A stretch of 64,000 nucleotides of DNA from Mobula hypostoma. Taxonomy: Eukaryota. A model generated the notes under the pieces. It was not told where the DNA came from, did no database searches, and saw nothing but the letters and a program-made list of their open reading frames with translations. The position numbers were made by a program, and so were the translations under genes. Shown in pieces: positions 24,418 through 38,660 of the stretch. The stretch spans positions 80,850,001 to 80,914,000 of the forward strand of contig NC_086108.1 in assembly GCF_963921235.1 (NCBI RefSeq). The letters run 5' to 3'. Positions within the stretch are counted from its first letter, which is position 1, and each line of letters starts with the position of its first letter.

Positions 24418-27400
24418 TCAGATTTCCCCTTAAACTTCTCACCTTTCACCATAATCCAGGATCTCTAGTTGTAGACCCAGCCAAACTCAGTGGAGAAAGC
24501 AGCTTGCATTTACCCTATCTATACCCTCTATCATGTCTATTTGATAGATGTATACCTCTATCAAATCTTCTCTCAATCTTCTACGCTCCAAGGAATAAAA
24601 TCCTAACCTGTTTAAACTTTCCATATAACTCAGATCTTCTAGAATCAGCAACATTGTTGCAAATTTTCTTTATACTCTTTCAGCCTTATTTACATTTTTG
24701 AAGTAGGTAGGTGACCAGAACTACACACACAATACTCCAAGTTAGGTCTCACCAACATCTTATACAACTTCAACATAACATCCCATCTTCTGTACCCAAT
24801 ACATTGATTTATGAAGACCAATGAGCAAAAAGCTTTCTTAATGATCCTACCTACCTGTGATGCCACTTTCAATGAACTATGGGCCTATATTTCCAGATCC
24901 GTTTGTTCTACAGACTACTCAGTGCCTTACCGTTCACCAGTTAAGTCCTACCTTGGTTTAGTCCCCCTAATGTGCAAAACCTTACATTTGTCTGCATTAA
25001 ATTCCAACTGCCATTTTTTAGCCATTTTTCCAGCTGATCCAGATCCCGTTGCAAGCCATGATAGCCTTCCTCGCTCTCAGTTGTGGTGTAATCCACAAAT
25101 TTGCTGATCCAGTTAACCACAATATCAACCAGATCATTGATGTAGATAACAAACAACAATGGACCCAGCACTGATCTCTAGGGCACTCCACAAGTCAAAG
25201 GCCTCCAGTCAGAGCGGCAACCATCTACTAACACTCTCTGGCTTCTCCTGCAGAGCCAACGTCTAATCAAATGTATTACCTCATCTTGAAAACCAAGCAA
25301 CTGAACCTTCTTGACCAACCTTACATCCGGGACCTTGTCAAATGCCTCACTAAAGTCCCCATAGACAACATCCATTGCTTTGCCTTCATTAACTTTCCTG
25401 GTAACTTCCATGAAAAACTCAATAAAATTGGTTAGACATGATCTACAATGCATGAAGCTGAGCTAGCTGTCCGTAATCAATCCATGTGTTTCAAAATACT
25501 TATATATCTGCTCTCTCAAAATACCTTCCAATAACTTTACCACCACTGACGTCAGGCTCACTGGCCTATAGTTTCCTGGTCTATTTTTGGAGCCTTTCTT
25601 GAACAATGGAACAAAATTAGTTATCCTCCAATCCTCTGGTACCGTGCCTGCTGCCAAGGAAGATCTAAATACCTTTGTTAGCACCCTGGCAATTTCTGCA
25701 CTTATCTCACATAGGATCCGAGGGAAAACCTTATCAGGCCCTGGGGATTTATTCACCAGAATTTGCCTCTGGACAGCAAACGCTTCCTCCTCGGTAATCT
25801 GTATAGGGTCCAAGAAGTTGTTGTCACTTTGCCTCACTTCTATAGATTCAGTGTCTTTCTCCTGAGTAAATAGAGATGCAAAAAAAAAATTTAAGATCTC
25901 CCTCATCTCTTTTGGTTCCACAAATGGATTACAATTCTGATCTTCCAGAGGACCAATTTTGTCACTTGCAATCCTTTTGCTCTTAACAAATCCATAAAGC
26001 TCCTTAGGATTCTCCTTTACCTTGTCTGCTAGAGCAAACTAAAGCCTTTTTGCAGCCTTCCTGATTTCTTTCTTAAGTGTTCTCTTGCATTTCTTGTACT
26101 CCGTAAGCACCTCATTTGTTCCTACCTGCCTACAGCTGCTATACACCCCTTTTTTCCTAACTGGGGCCTCAATATCTCTTGAAAACCAAAGTTTCCTATT
26201 TTTGTTATCTTTACCTTTCATTCTGAAAGACACCTACAGGCCTTGTACTCTCAAAATTTCACTTTTGAAGGCCTCCCACTTACCAAGTACATCTTTGCCA
26301 GAAAACAGCCCGTCACAATCCACACTTGCCAGATCCTTTCGAGATAATCAGAATTGGTCTTTCTTCAATTTAGAATCTTAACTTAAGGACCAGACCTATA
26401 TATTTGCAGATTTACTTTGAAACTAATGGCATTGTGATCACTGGATGCAAAGTGTTCCCCTACACAAACTTCTGCTACCTCTCCTGTTTCATTCCCTAAT
26501 CACACATTCATTGGGACTTCCATGTACTGATTAAGGTAACTTTCTTGAACAAATTTAACAAACTCCATCCCATCTAGTTCTTTTACAGTATGGAAGTCCC
26601 AGTCTATATGTGGAAACTTAAAGTCACCTACTATAACAATCTATGTTTTTGCAACAGTCTGCAATCGCTCTACGAATTTGTTCCCCTAAATCCCTCAGAC
26701 TGCTGGGTGATCTCTAATATAGCCCCATTAACATGGTCATACTTTTCTTATTTCTCTGTTCCACCTATAAAGCCTCACTAAATGAGTTCTCCAGTCTCTC
26801 CTGACTGAGCACTGCTGTGACATTTTCCCTGACTAGTAATGCCATCCCTCCTCCTTTAATCCCTCCCGCTCTGTTATGTCAAAAACAACAGAACCCGGGA
26901 ATATTGAGCTATCAGTACTGTCCCTCTTGCAGCCCAGTCTCACTACCAGCCCCGACTAGGAGTTGAGGATGCCATCGTCTACCTGCTGAACCGTGTCTAC
27001 ACCCACCTGGACAAGCCAGCGAGCACTGTGAGGGTCATGTTTTTTGAATTCTCTCAGTGCGTTCAACACCATCCGCCCTGCTCTGCTGGGGGAGAAGCTG
27101 ACAGCGATGCAGGTGGATGCTTCCCTGGTGTCATGGATTCTTGATTACCTGACTAGCAGACCACAGTACGTGTGCTTGCAACGCTGTGTGTCCGACAGAG
27201 TGATCAGCAGCACTGGGGCTCCACAGGGGACTGTCTTGTCTCCCTTTCTCTTCACCATTTACACCTCGGACTTCAACTACTGCACAGAATCTTGTCACCT
27301 TCAGAAGTTTTCGGATGACTCTGCCATAGTTGGATGCATCAGCAAGGGAGATGAGGCTGAGCACAGGGCTATGGTAGGAAACTTTGTCACATGGTGTGAG

Positions 27401-28330
27401 CAGAATTATCTGCAGCTTAATGTGAAAACGACTAAGGAGCTGGTGGTAGACCTGAGGTGACCCCTGTTTCCATCCAGGGGGTCAGTGTGGACATGGTGGA
27501 GGATTACAAATACCTGGGGATACAAATTGACAATAAACTGGACTGGTCAAAGAACACTGAGGCTGTCTACAAGAAGGGCCAGAGCCATCTCTATTTCCTG
27601 AGGAGTCTGAGGTCCTTTAACATCTGCCGGATGATACTGAGGATGTTCTACGAGTCTGTGGTGGCCAGTGCTATCATGTTTGCTGTTGTGTGCTGGGGCA
27701 GCAGGCTGAGGGTAGCAGACACCAACAGAATCAACAAACTCATTCGTAAGGCCAGTGATGTTGTGGGGATGGAACTGGACTCTCTGACGGTGGTGTCTGA
27801 AAAGAGGATGCTGTCCAAGTTGCATGCCATCTTGGACAATGTCTCCCAACCACTACATAGTGTACTGGGTGGGCACAGGAGTACATTCAGCCAGAGACTC
27901 ATTCCACTGAGATGCAACACAGAGCGTCATAGGAAGTCATTCCTGCCTGTGGCCATCAAACTTTACAACTCCTCTCTTGGAGGGTCAGACACCCTGAGCC
28001 AATAGGCTGGTCCTGGACTTATTTCCTGGCATAATTTACGTATTACTATTTAACTATTTATGGTTTTATTACTATTTATTACTTATGGTGCAACTGTAAC
28101 GAAAACCAATTTCCCCCGGGATCAATAAAGTATGACTATGACTATGACTATGACTAAGACTAATGGCTACCATTTCATAATTCCAGGTGTTGATCATGCC
28201 CTGAGCTGATCTGTCTTTTCTACGACACTTCTTGCATAGAAATATACACAGCTCAGGACATTAGTCGCACCATGCTCAATCTTTTGGTTCCTGACTTTGT
28301 CTGAGGGTCTTAACAGCATGTCTTCACAAC
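24418..28330 (-). mobile_element. Degenerate CR1 ORF2 (endonuclease plus RT), split by a Rex1 insertion
   Basis: KSPGPDKVFPRIL; EDWRITNFVPLFKKG..PGNYRPVSLTS; DFSEAFDKVP; LGPLLFVIYINDL; frameshifted. Confidence 0.92.
26946..28156 (+). mobile_element. Young 5'-truncated Rex1/Babar LINE
   Basis: SAFNTI..GAPQGTVLSPFLFTIYTSD..KFSDDSAIVG..LNVKTTKEL; YKYLG; frameshift near 27457; AATAAA plus (TATGAC)n tail; possible ACTA duplication. Confidence 0.92.
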
Positions 28331-30875
28331 CTCTCCATGACTCTGATTGTCATCTCCACTGCTCTGAGCAAATATAAAAAAGAAAGAACAATAGACTGTG
28401 TTTTGCGGGAGGAGGTGAACTCTACCTAGAGCATTTTTGCCCTCTCTCATTCAGGTGAGCTAACAACCACGGCTGACAAGCCCCATGCCAAATAATGAAT
28501 ATTAAAACAAATACTGGCCAATAGATAAATGTGTTTGAGACCTGTGACATGTATATTGTGCTTATTTCACTGAAAATATGAGAAAATACTTCAACATACT
28601 GCCTGCAAAGCTTCTAATATTCCCAAAAGATGTGTGTGCAGATAAATCTGAATTGACTCTCAATTAGTGGGCTGGGCATCCTTGATCCAGGGGGTCTTTC
28701 ATGTCTTAAGTTCAAGGTCAGAGCTGAAACTGTCTTCCCTTGAAAGTGATGATGAAGCAAAATACATTTCCTCTAATAGTATTCTATATTTTAATAATGT
28801 CATTCCACTTATTCGGCAAAAATGGAAAAGGATCAATAGAGAAATGAAACAATGGAAAATGAGTCATTGCAGTAATTGATTAATGAATGATAATATGTCT
28901 TCTATACTATACACACTGATCACACCTCAACTCCTATTTGACATTCATTGGCTTAATGATAATGGAATGTACAGTAATTATCTTATAATCATGTTCTCTT
29001 TGATGGCAGAGGAATAATTAAAATAGTTTACTTCAGACTGTTTTGATTATTTCCTTTTCATTCATGGATACCATGAGGACAAAACAAGTATGAAGAAACT
29101 TCTCAACAAAAAAAAGGGTAAGCAGGAAACAGATGCAACTATCTGGGCAGAAAGAAAAAAATTCCAGTACGTGGTTATGAGAATGCAATGGCCAATTGCC
29201 AATGGTTTGGAAAAAGTAAAATGGAAAATCACTTCAGAACAGATTTTGCCATTAGGAGAGAGACTATGAATTCAATAAAAATAAATTTAGAATTGATATA
29301 AAGAATGATCTCACAAGGAATTGATTCCCAACATAAAGTCAAAGATCTTTGTGAAAGTCCCTCAAAAATGTAGGATTTAATGCTAAAGACTGGTAATTTG
29401 GAGTCCAATTGCATTTCTTGGCTTTAATTAACATAGGACATGGTCCCAGGCTGTGTAGTTCATTAAATAATGACCCAAGTTTTATGGTTCATGGTAAATG
29501 AAAATCTGTCTCTATTTCATTTGGTTACTGCACCATTCAATCACTTGGTGGGTGTTTGCACGGCAACGTACTCAATGATGTTCTCCACAAGGAAGCTGGG
29601 ACCTATACAAACTTTATAAACAACACAACTTCCTAAAAATTCAGCTGCATAGCCCTTTTGATCACTAAATATAATTAAGACGCTATAATGTGCAGAGAAG
29701 ATACTGAAATATCCTTTTGAACAGTCCCATGTATGTACAAAGCAATCAAAGCACATAGAGATAAGGTAAGGAAACTTTAAAAGAGAGAGAGACTGATGTG
29801 GTTAAAAGAGAGAGCATCTGTGACTAAAAGATAATTTTTTAAAAATTAATTGACTTTATAATCTCCAACAGAAATGAAGATTTGGAAGACTGAGGCACAA
29901 CAGGTGTTAAGTTATTTTTAAGCGTCAGAGTGTTTGCCTGAGCAATGTAGACCTATCATGTCCTTAAAGAAGAAACCTGTACAATTTGCACAAACTGGCT
30001 CTAGATATTCTTGTGTTTTATGAACCTACAGTGAATAAACATTTCCTTCTCATGCCTTTGATGTGCCTACTTTAGGCAAGGTGCAGAGTAGATAAAATCA
30101 AACTGACACTTCCAGATTTTGTGTTTAATTGCATATGTAAATGAAAAAAACTGTGCAAATTCTTTCTTACTCAATGTCTATGTCACTCTGTTGGATGGAA
30201 TGAAGATTTTCCAGGATGTTTCTGTGGTAATATTGGTATTTTATTGTCATAAACAGGTTCTTCTAGATGTTCCCAGCATCGTGTGTAAGAATGCCAATTT
30301 CCCTATTAACCAATCAATCATTAAATATCGATGAATGTAAGTTCTTTTACCGTTGGCCAAATAGAAAGTAGTTTAATCTCTATATGAGGTTGTTTCTTGA
30401 TTTAACTCATCGATTGTTTGTGGGCAATCCTATTTTCCCTCCATGAAAGTGCTGAAGTACCAGTCAACGATTAGCATGAATCAGGCTAATTTCCTGTTGA
30501 TGTGGCAACAACACAATATATTAATGGACAACATACACAAAATGTTGGAGAAACTCAAGAGGTCAAGCAGCATCAATGAAAATGAATAAGTTGAGACCCT
30601 CCTTCAGGACTGAGAAGGAAGGGAGAAGGCTGCAGAATAAAAAGTCGGGGGAACAGGGGTGTATCTATGGCAAATAGCACCTATCACAATTGCGCTCCTG
30701 TCCAAACACCTGACACCCATCTTTTGGATAACTTTACCATAATATAACCATATAACAATTACAGCACGGAAACAGGCCATCTCAGCCCTTCTAGTCCGTG
30801 CTGAAAATATCAGCTCAAAAATACAAGTCAAGCTCATTAATCTTTTAATTAACAAATTATGGCACTACATGAAAA

Positions 30876-33489
30876 TTATAACTGCACTTTCCTTGCTTTT
30901 ACTGATGCAAATTGGTCTATGATGTGATCAAAGTCAGTTTTTTCAGTTTCTTCTCTGTCTACACTCAGCAGAGCAAGATCACAGAGTCTGCCTTGACCCA
31001 TGGAGGCTCTCAAATACGAAAGTATTAGTTTTAACTTGCTGAATGATCTCTCACAACTGGTTAGCATTATCTGAATAGCAATGTGAAGATTGGGGAAGAT
31101 GCTCTCATCTCCATACCGAACAATAAATTCAAGAAGCTCTTCAGGTCTTGATATTTTCATGTTGACCCGCCCTGATAGCAACATTCTGCAACCCAAAATT
31201 TCTTCATATAGCTGCTGTCCATCAACATCAGAGCTGTACAATTTGCCCAAATTTTCGCACTTCTTCTTTAGGTCATTAGTGTTGGTGCCATAACACAGTC
31301 CTTCGACATCAAGAAGGAACCCAAACTTGGCGTCAGTGTTGTGCAAGTGAGTGAACCTTTCGTCCATTTCTCTGTGAAGACGGTCGAGTGTTCCCTTCAT
31401 GACTCTTTCCACTTGTTCCTTAGCTGTTAACCCGGCATCTCTTGAGTTCTCATCAGCCATTCGTTTCTTTCGTCTCTGACATCTTTCAACTTTAATATTC
31501 CATTCTTGACAGAGACCAAATCCTTCTTCGAGTGACTCACTGACCAACACTTCTCTTTCATCATAAAAATTATCTCAGAGGGTTTTCAAATCCAGGACAG
31601 TATCGTGGAAGTTCATGCTATGATCCTGCAGCCTCTTGTGAATACAGTCAATGTGAATGAGTAATTTGTTCCAAAATCCTAGCAAAATCAGAAAATCGTA
31701 ACTCAACATGCGGTTGTACAGCTGCCTTGCATCACTTCTTGTTTCATTGTCTATCATGTCCTGGAGAACTTGAAGTATCTCCTCAAGGTACTTGTTGATA
31801 GGCTTCACTGCTTCTGTCCTTGCACTCCACCTGGTTTCGGACTCTGACTTAACAACCACAGGTACAGCGTTTTTGAGTTTTTCCCAGTGCTGTGTAGAAC
31901 GAGAGAAAAACACGTAGAGAGCTTCAATGGTTCCAAAAAATGTGACAATTATTCTATCCTGCTTGGCTGCATGTACATCCACCAAGTTGAGTGAGTGATT
32001 GAATAAATACTGTCAGGTTGTTTTTCTCACTTACTCTTTGATGAACACCACTTCTGTATCCAGCTATCACAGCAGCGTTGTCATAGCACTGTGACCGACA
32101 ATCTTGTAGCTCCATTTCGTCCTTCTCTAGCTGTTTCAAGATGTCTTCAGCCAAGCTCTCAACATCCTTCTGGCTTATCTGGATAAAACCAAGGAAGGAC
32201 TCTCTAACACGGACTGTTTTCCTCTTGAAATCAACTTCCACATACCTCACTACTTCTGACGTCTGCTCACAGTGTGCCTGATCAGGAGTTGAGTCGAACA
32301 TGAGACCATAGTACTTGGCTTTACGAATGCTTCTCAGAAACTCTGGCAAACAGTGGATGCCATCATGTGAATGAATTCATTCTGGACACCCCGATGAAAG
32401 GTATGATGTGGATCCAGGATGACTTTCCAAATGAGTGAGGTGTTCTTTTATGACAGGGTCAAAGATGGCCAGTAGTTTCAGTAAGCCAAGGAAATTTCCC
32501 ACATTGGAGTCATCGTCTAGCTGAAGTGACTCCCTGTGTCCTCGCAAAGCCAGGTTCTGAGTCACAAGGAATTTTATGCGGTGAAGGAATCTCGTCGAGA
32601 TATCACATCACTTCTGCTTTTCCTTCTCAATCTGTGACTGAAATACCACGTCAATAACTCCTCTGTTTCCAGCTAAATTTCGTTCCATTTCTTTCCACTG
32701 TGTGAAGCATTCCCGATGATTCTTGGCATTTTCATGAACACTAATCCTTTCAGGTGCTTTCCACTGGTTGAATCCACTTTCCTGCTCCAATGAGGATTGA
32801 TGGTCTGACTGGGAATAGAGAAGACAACAGATACAAAATGCAGAATTTTTAGAAGGGGAATAGACCAGCCATGAGTGAGTCACTACCTCACCACGACCAT
32901 TTCCCAATTTCCTCTTGAACCAAGTTTGGTTCATTGAGTGGTTATTTGTTGGTAGGGAAAGCTCCTCATTGTTCTGGAAATACTTCAAACCCAGCTTTAT
33001 TGTTTCTGTTCTCAACACGTCAGGCAGAATTGCTTTTCCAGTATCCTTGTCGAACTTCAGAAGTCCAATGTCATGCTGTTCAATCACTTCTGGTATGCCA
33101 GTTCGCGGCTCTTTGACATCATCGTCAGGTTCAATCTCGTCAGGTAAAATCTCGTCAATAAACTCAATATCACCACCACCACTATCGTCCACGTTCTCTG
33201 TGGCAGCCTCACTCTTAATCTCACCATACTCAGATTTATCTGACTTGACTTCCTCCTCGGCTTGTGATGCATTTGTACTTGATCCACCTTCGGATTCTAA
33301 CAAACTTGTAGCAGGTGCAGGCGACTCCATGGAACATGTCGAACTACTTGTTCCGGGCTTTTCAAAGAAGGGCAAGAAGAACTTGGTCGACTCCTTGGCT
33401 TCCTCTACCTCCAACTTTCGTCTCTTCCATCCTTCAGCTCCTCTTTCCTTCTTCTTCGTGAAGAAACGTTTCATGGCCTTCTCACACAA
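30876..33489 (-). pseudogene. Frameshifted hAT-superfamily transposase (ZMYM1-like/TTF zinc finger type)
   Basis: Collinear ORFs: WLVYSPSKNSAFCICC; NLALRGHRE..GNFLGLL; MFDSTPD; QCYDNAAV; SETRW; SCERSFSKLKLILSYLRASMGQGRLCDLALL (hAT dimerisation domain). Confidence 0.92.
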
Positions 33490-34261
33490 TGCTCTGACGT
33501 AAGGCCATCCTAGTGCTTCTCAACCATGATAATCAAAGACAGACCATACATCTGAAGAAAATTCCTTTTTTCACTATCTGAGGATGGCTTGTCTGACTTT
33601 AATAGAAACTGCTCAGTTGTTGGGAAAGGCCAAGGGCTGGAGCAGAAGGAATCTGATACAAGAGGAGAGTGAATCATAGGAGAAAGGAAAGGAGGAGAGC
33701 TCAGGGGGAAGTGATAGGCAGGCAGGTGAGAAGAGGTAAAAAGTTAGAGAAGGGAATAGCGGAAGTCAGGAGGGAGGCAAATGCTTTTACTGAAAGGAGA
33801 AATCGATATTCATACCATGAGGTTTGGAGACTACCTAGATGGAATATAAGGTTTTGCTCCTCCACCATGAGGGTGGCCTCATCACGGCACAATATATTAA
33901 TGGGGTAATTTCTAAACAATAAAAAATCTCAACGATTCAGTATATTGAGCTATACTGTCCATAATGGGGAAAGTGGACTTGATCCAGACAATATATCAAT
34001 TGTAGCATTGGCATACATTGAAAAGGTTAGGAGTGTTTTTTATGGAAGAATGATTGGTCTATACCAGTTGTCTGTCTCAATGTACTGTGATCACTGGCTG
34101 TTTGATTGGCACCCACCTTCCAGTGCCCTTGGACCACATTCAGCACCAGAGTCAATCAAGCCATTAATTCAAAAAAACTCCCCACCCTGTGACTGCCATA
34201 GGGAGAGCGCTTTAACTTCACACGTCCCAGTGCAAATCTTAACAGACACTGCATAAACGGA

Positions 34262-34810
34262 GAGGCCACTTTATAAGGTACCTCCTGTACCTAATAAAGT
34301 GTCACTGAGTGTATGTTCATCGTCTTCTGTTGCTGTAGCCCTTCCACTTCAAGGTTTAAAGTGTTGTGAGTTCAGAGATGCTCTTCTGCACCCCACTGTT
34401 GTAACACATAGCTATTTGTGTTTTGTTGCCTTCTGTAGCTTTGAACCAATCTGGCCATTCTCCTCTGACCTCTCTCATTAACAAGGTGGTTTTACCCACA
34501 AAACTGCCACTCACTGGGTGTTCTTTTTTTGTGTTTTTTGTAACATTCTCTGTAATCTCTAGAGACTGCTGTATGCAAAACTCCCAGCATTTCTGCAGTT
34601 TCTGAGATACTCAAATCACCCCATCTGGAACCAACAATCACTCCACAGTCAAAGTCACCTAGATCACATTTCGTCCCCATTCTGATGTTTGGTCTGAACT
34701 TCTAGACCATATCTACATGCTTTTATGCATTGAGCTGCTGCCACATGATTGGCTGATTAGATATTTTCATTAACGAGCAGGTGTACCTCATAAAGTGGCA
34801 GCTGAGTGTA
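34262..34810 (-). mobile_element. Internally deleted Tc1-like DNA transposon
   Basis: MGTKCDLGDFDCGVIVGSRWGDLSISETAEMLG resembles a Tc1 N-terminal HTH; inverted termini ggccactttataaggtac / gtacctcataaagtggcagctgagtgta. Confidence 0.8.
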
Positions 34811-35269
34811 CGTCTCATCTCTGCACATGATTTGGTCACAAAACATCGCAGTGCCGTCCTTAATGAATCTGTGTTCCAAACTGTCAGATATTTCGGGGAG
34901 ATGTGAGTGAGAATTAGCACCTTTTGTGACAAATATCTGGTGCTTCAAAAGAGAACTACAACTACTTATTTTTAGAGTGCGGATTTTATATAGCTTTTCA
35001 TGTCTATGAATGAAAACTAAATTGAGATTTGCTTTAGAGTCTAGCCTTTGTAGTTATAGATCAAGTGACCATGATATTGACCTTTCTGCAATTAGTGGAG
35101 GAGGTCTCAGTGTGGGCTGATAATTAGACCCTTAAACGATTTAAAGAGCGATACCAATCTGAGTTATTTTTATATAATGCATGATAGTGACCTTTCTTGG
35201 AAATATGAGAGAACGCACTGTCATATTTCAGTAAGGCTTTCTTTGTGCAACTGGAAGATTGATTTTATT

Positions 35270-36085
35270 CTGCAGATGATATGAAGACTGGTCATGTTGC
35301 AGATAGCACAGATGACTGGCAAAGAATACAGCAGGATATAGATGAGTTGCAGGTTTGAGTGAGAAATTTCAGACAGAGGTTAACGCGGCCAAGTGTGAAG
35401 AGTTGCACCTTAGTAGGTCAAATTCCATATGTAGGACCTTTAACAGTGTTGATGAGCAGAGGGATCTTGGGGTCCAAGTTCATAGCTCCCTGAAAGTGGC
35501 TGCACAGGTTAATAGGGTGGTTGAGAAAGCATGTGGCACGTTGCCTTTCGTAGTCAGGGCAGTGAGTTCAAAAATCAGGAAGTTATGTTGCTACTTTATA
35601 AAACTCTATTTCGGCTGCATCTGAAGTATTGCATACAGTTCTGGTCACCCCATTATAGGAAGGATGTGGAGTCTTTGGAGAGGGTTCAGAAAAGCTTCAA
35701 CAGGATGCTGCCTGGATTAGAGGGCATGTGCTATAACGAGAAGTTGGTCAAACTTGGGTTGTTTTCTGTGGAGCAGCATGGACTAAGGGGAAATCTGACA
35801 GAGATTTACAAGACCTTGAGAGATATAGGTACAGACAGTCTCTGTTTCCCAGAGTTGAAATGTCTAATACCAGATGGCATGCATTTAAAGTGAGGGGGAG
35901 CGACTAATTTTAAAGGAGATGTTGGAGACAAGTTTGCTACACAGAGAGTGGTGGGTGCCTGTAATGGACTGCCTGGGGTGGTGGTAGAGGTGGATACATT
36001 AGGGACACAAGAGAAGCTTACATAGGTACATGAAGGTGAGGAAAATGGAAGCATATAGACATAACGGATTAGTTTAGTTGGCTAT
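35270..36085 (+). mobile_element. CR1 ORF2 3' fragment
   Basis: LLYKTLFRLHLKYCIQFWSPHYRKDVESLERVQK. Confidence 0.88.
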
Positions 36086-36094
36086 TTGATTATA

Positions 36095-37480
36095 CCTCTT
36101 CTCACCTTGTCTCCTGTAAAAATGCTATTCCCTTTTCTCAGTTCCTTCGTCTCCACTGCACTTGTTCCCAGGATGAGGTTTTCCTTTCCAGGACATCAGA
36201 GATGTCCTCCTTCTTCAAAGAATGGGGTTTCCCTTCCTTCACCATTGATGCTGCCCTCTCCTGCATCTCCTCCATTTCCCAAACATCCGTGCTCACCCCC
36301 ATCTTCCGACTGCCTTAATAGTGATAGAGTTCGTCTTGTCCTTAGCTACCACCCATGAGTCTCCACCTCCAATACATCATCCTCCGCAACTTCTGCAATC
36401 TCCAAAAGGATCCTACCATCAAACATATCTTTACCTCCCCTCCCTCCACTTTCTGCAGGAATCACTCCCTCAGTGATTTACTTGACCATTTGTCCCTCCC
36501 CACTAATCTCCCTTCTGACAATTAACCCTGCAAGTGGCCAAAATGCTACAACTACCCATTAACCTCCTCCCTCACCTCCATTCAGTGCCCCATACAGTCT
36601 TTCCAGGTGAGGCAACATTTCACATGCTGGGGTCATCCATTGTGTCCGCTGATCCCAGTGGAGCCTCCTCTACTTTGGTGAAATCCATCATAAATTAGGG
36701 GACCACTTCATCAAGCACCTCTGCTCCACCTGCCTAAAGCAAACTCCCTGGTGGCCAAACATTTTAATACTTCCCATTTCCATTCCGATATGTTGGTCCA
36801 CGGTTGTGCTAAGATAAGGCCACCTTCAGGGTGGAGGAGTAACACCTTATATTCCGTCTGAGTAGCCTCCAACCTGATGGCAGGAATATCGATTTGTCCT
36901 TCCAGTAAAAACTGTTCCTTCCCCCTCCCCTCTTCTCTATTCCCACCCTGGCCTCTTACCTCTTTTCACTTGCCTATCCCATCCCCTGGGTCATCTCTTC
37001 CTTCCCTTTCTCCTATCAGATTCCCTCCTCTCCAGCCCTTTATCTTTCCTACCCATCAGGCTTCACTTTTTTCCCCTCCTTCCATCTTTTTATTTTGGCA
37101 TCTCCCCCTTCACCATTTCCCACCCCCCATCCCTCTCTCATGTTATCTCCTTGCCCACCCATCACCTCCCTCTGCTGCTCGTTCCCCCTCCTTCTTCTTT
37201 CTTCCATGGCCTTCTGTCTCTTTCACTAATCAACTTCCTAGCTCTTTGCTTCATCCCTCCCCCTCCAGGTTTCACCTATCGCCTGGTGTTTCTCTCTCCC
37301 CTCCCCCCACCTTTCAAATCTACTCCTCAGCTTTTCTTCTCCAGTCCTGCTGAAGGGTTTCGGCCCAAAGCATCCACAGTACTTTTTTTCCATAGATGCT
37401 GCTTCACCTACTGAGTTTCTCCTGCATTTCGTGTGTGTTGCTCTGGATTTCCAGTATCTGCAAACTTTCTCGTGTTTATC
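36095..37480 (+). mobile_element. Degenerate Penelope-like element (RT C-terminus, GIY-YIG remnant, terminal repeat)
   Basis: CKNAIPFSQFLRL; EN remnant similar to 4860-5200; mutated hammerhead at about 37342-37375. Confidence 0.85.
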
Positions 37481-38136
37481 ATTTGAGTAGTAATTTATTT
37501 GATTCAGCATAATATTGTGGGGCGAACAGCCTGTTCCAGTGCTGTACTGTTTCTATATTCTATGTTCATTACAGCAGGCTATCCAAAAATGTACCCACCT
37601 GCTTCATGCAGGCTTCAATTATACCAGTGCCTATGAAGGACATGGTAACCTCCCTCATTGACTATCGACCAGAAGCATTTACATCCGCTGTGATGAAGTT
37701 CATTGAGAGGTTGGTGATCAATCTTTGATCAAGCTCCTGCCTGAGGAGTGACTTGGATCTGCTCCAATTTGCCTTCTGGCACAAAGGTCCATGGCAGATT
37801 CTATTTTACTGGCTCTTCACTCAACCCTGAAATATTTGGACAGCAAAGCTGTATACATCAGGATGCTCTTTATCGACTACAGCTCAGGATTGAATACCAA
37901 TACCTCAAAACTAATCAGTAAGCTCCAAGACCACGGCTTCAATTCCTCCTGTGTTTCTTGGATTTACTGAGTATGCTCGCAAGAAAACAGATCTCATGGT
38001 TATATATGGTGACATATATGTACTTTGATAATAAATTAACTTTCAGCTTTGAAGTTCTAGAAATCTGACAGTGAAAGGGGACAGAACTTCTGACCTTTAA
38101 ATACTACTCCTTGGAGGAGAGAACAAACAGGAATGA

Positions 38137-38660
38137 GACCATAAGACGTTGAAGTAGAATTAGGTCATTTGGCCCATCGTGTCTTCTCTGCCATTCCATC
38201 ATGGCTGATTTATTATCCCTCTCAATGCTGTTCTCCTGCCTTCTCCCCGTAATCTTTGACACTCTTACTAATCAAGAACCTCTCCACCTTCACTTTAAAT
38301 ATACCCAATAACTTGGACTCCACAACCATCTCTGGCTAAAGAAATTTCTCCTCATCTCTGTTCAAAAGGGACGTCTCTCAATTTTGAAGCTGTGCCCTGT
38401 AATCCTTGACTCCCCCACTAAAGGAAACACCCGCTCCACATCCAGTTTATCTAGGCCTTTCAATTTTTGATAGGTTTCACTGAGATCCCCCTGGTTCTTC
38501 TAAACTCCAGTGAATACAGGCTCAGAGCCAACAAACACTCCTCATACATTAACCATTTCTTTCCCGAGATCATTCTTGCGAACGTCCTCTGACCCTTTCC
38601 CAATGGCACTACATCCTTTCCTAGATAAGGTGCCCAAAAATGCTTCCCCAACTCATCAAG
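38137..38660 (-). mobile_element. CR1 3' fragment
   Basis: FWAPYLGKDVV..RTFARMI..YEECLLALSLYSLEFRR; tail at about 38137. Confidence 0.8.

Noticed and set aside
30876..33489. Domesticated ZMYM1-like host gene
   Set aside because: Multiple frameshifts/stops without splice signals, and it sits inside another repeat
32915..33502. 195-aa Ser-rich + strand ORF
   Set aside because: Antisense shadow of the hAT transposase N-terminus
36877..37414. Pro/Ser/Leu-rich ORFs (also 5303, 14186, 46122, 57612, 58951)
   Set aside because: Translations of the pyrimidine-rich PLE UTR
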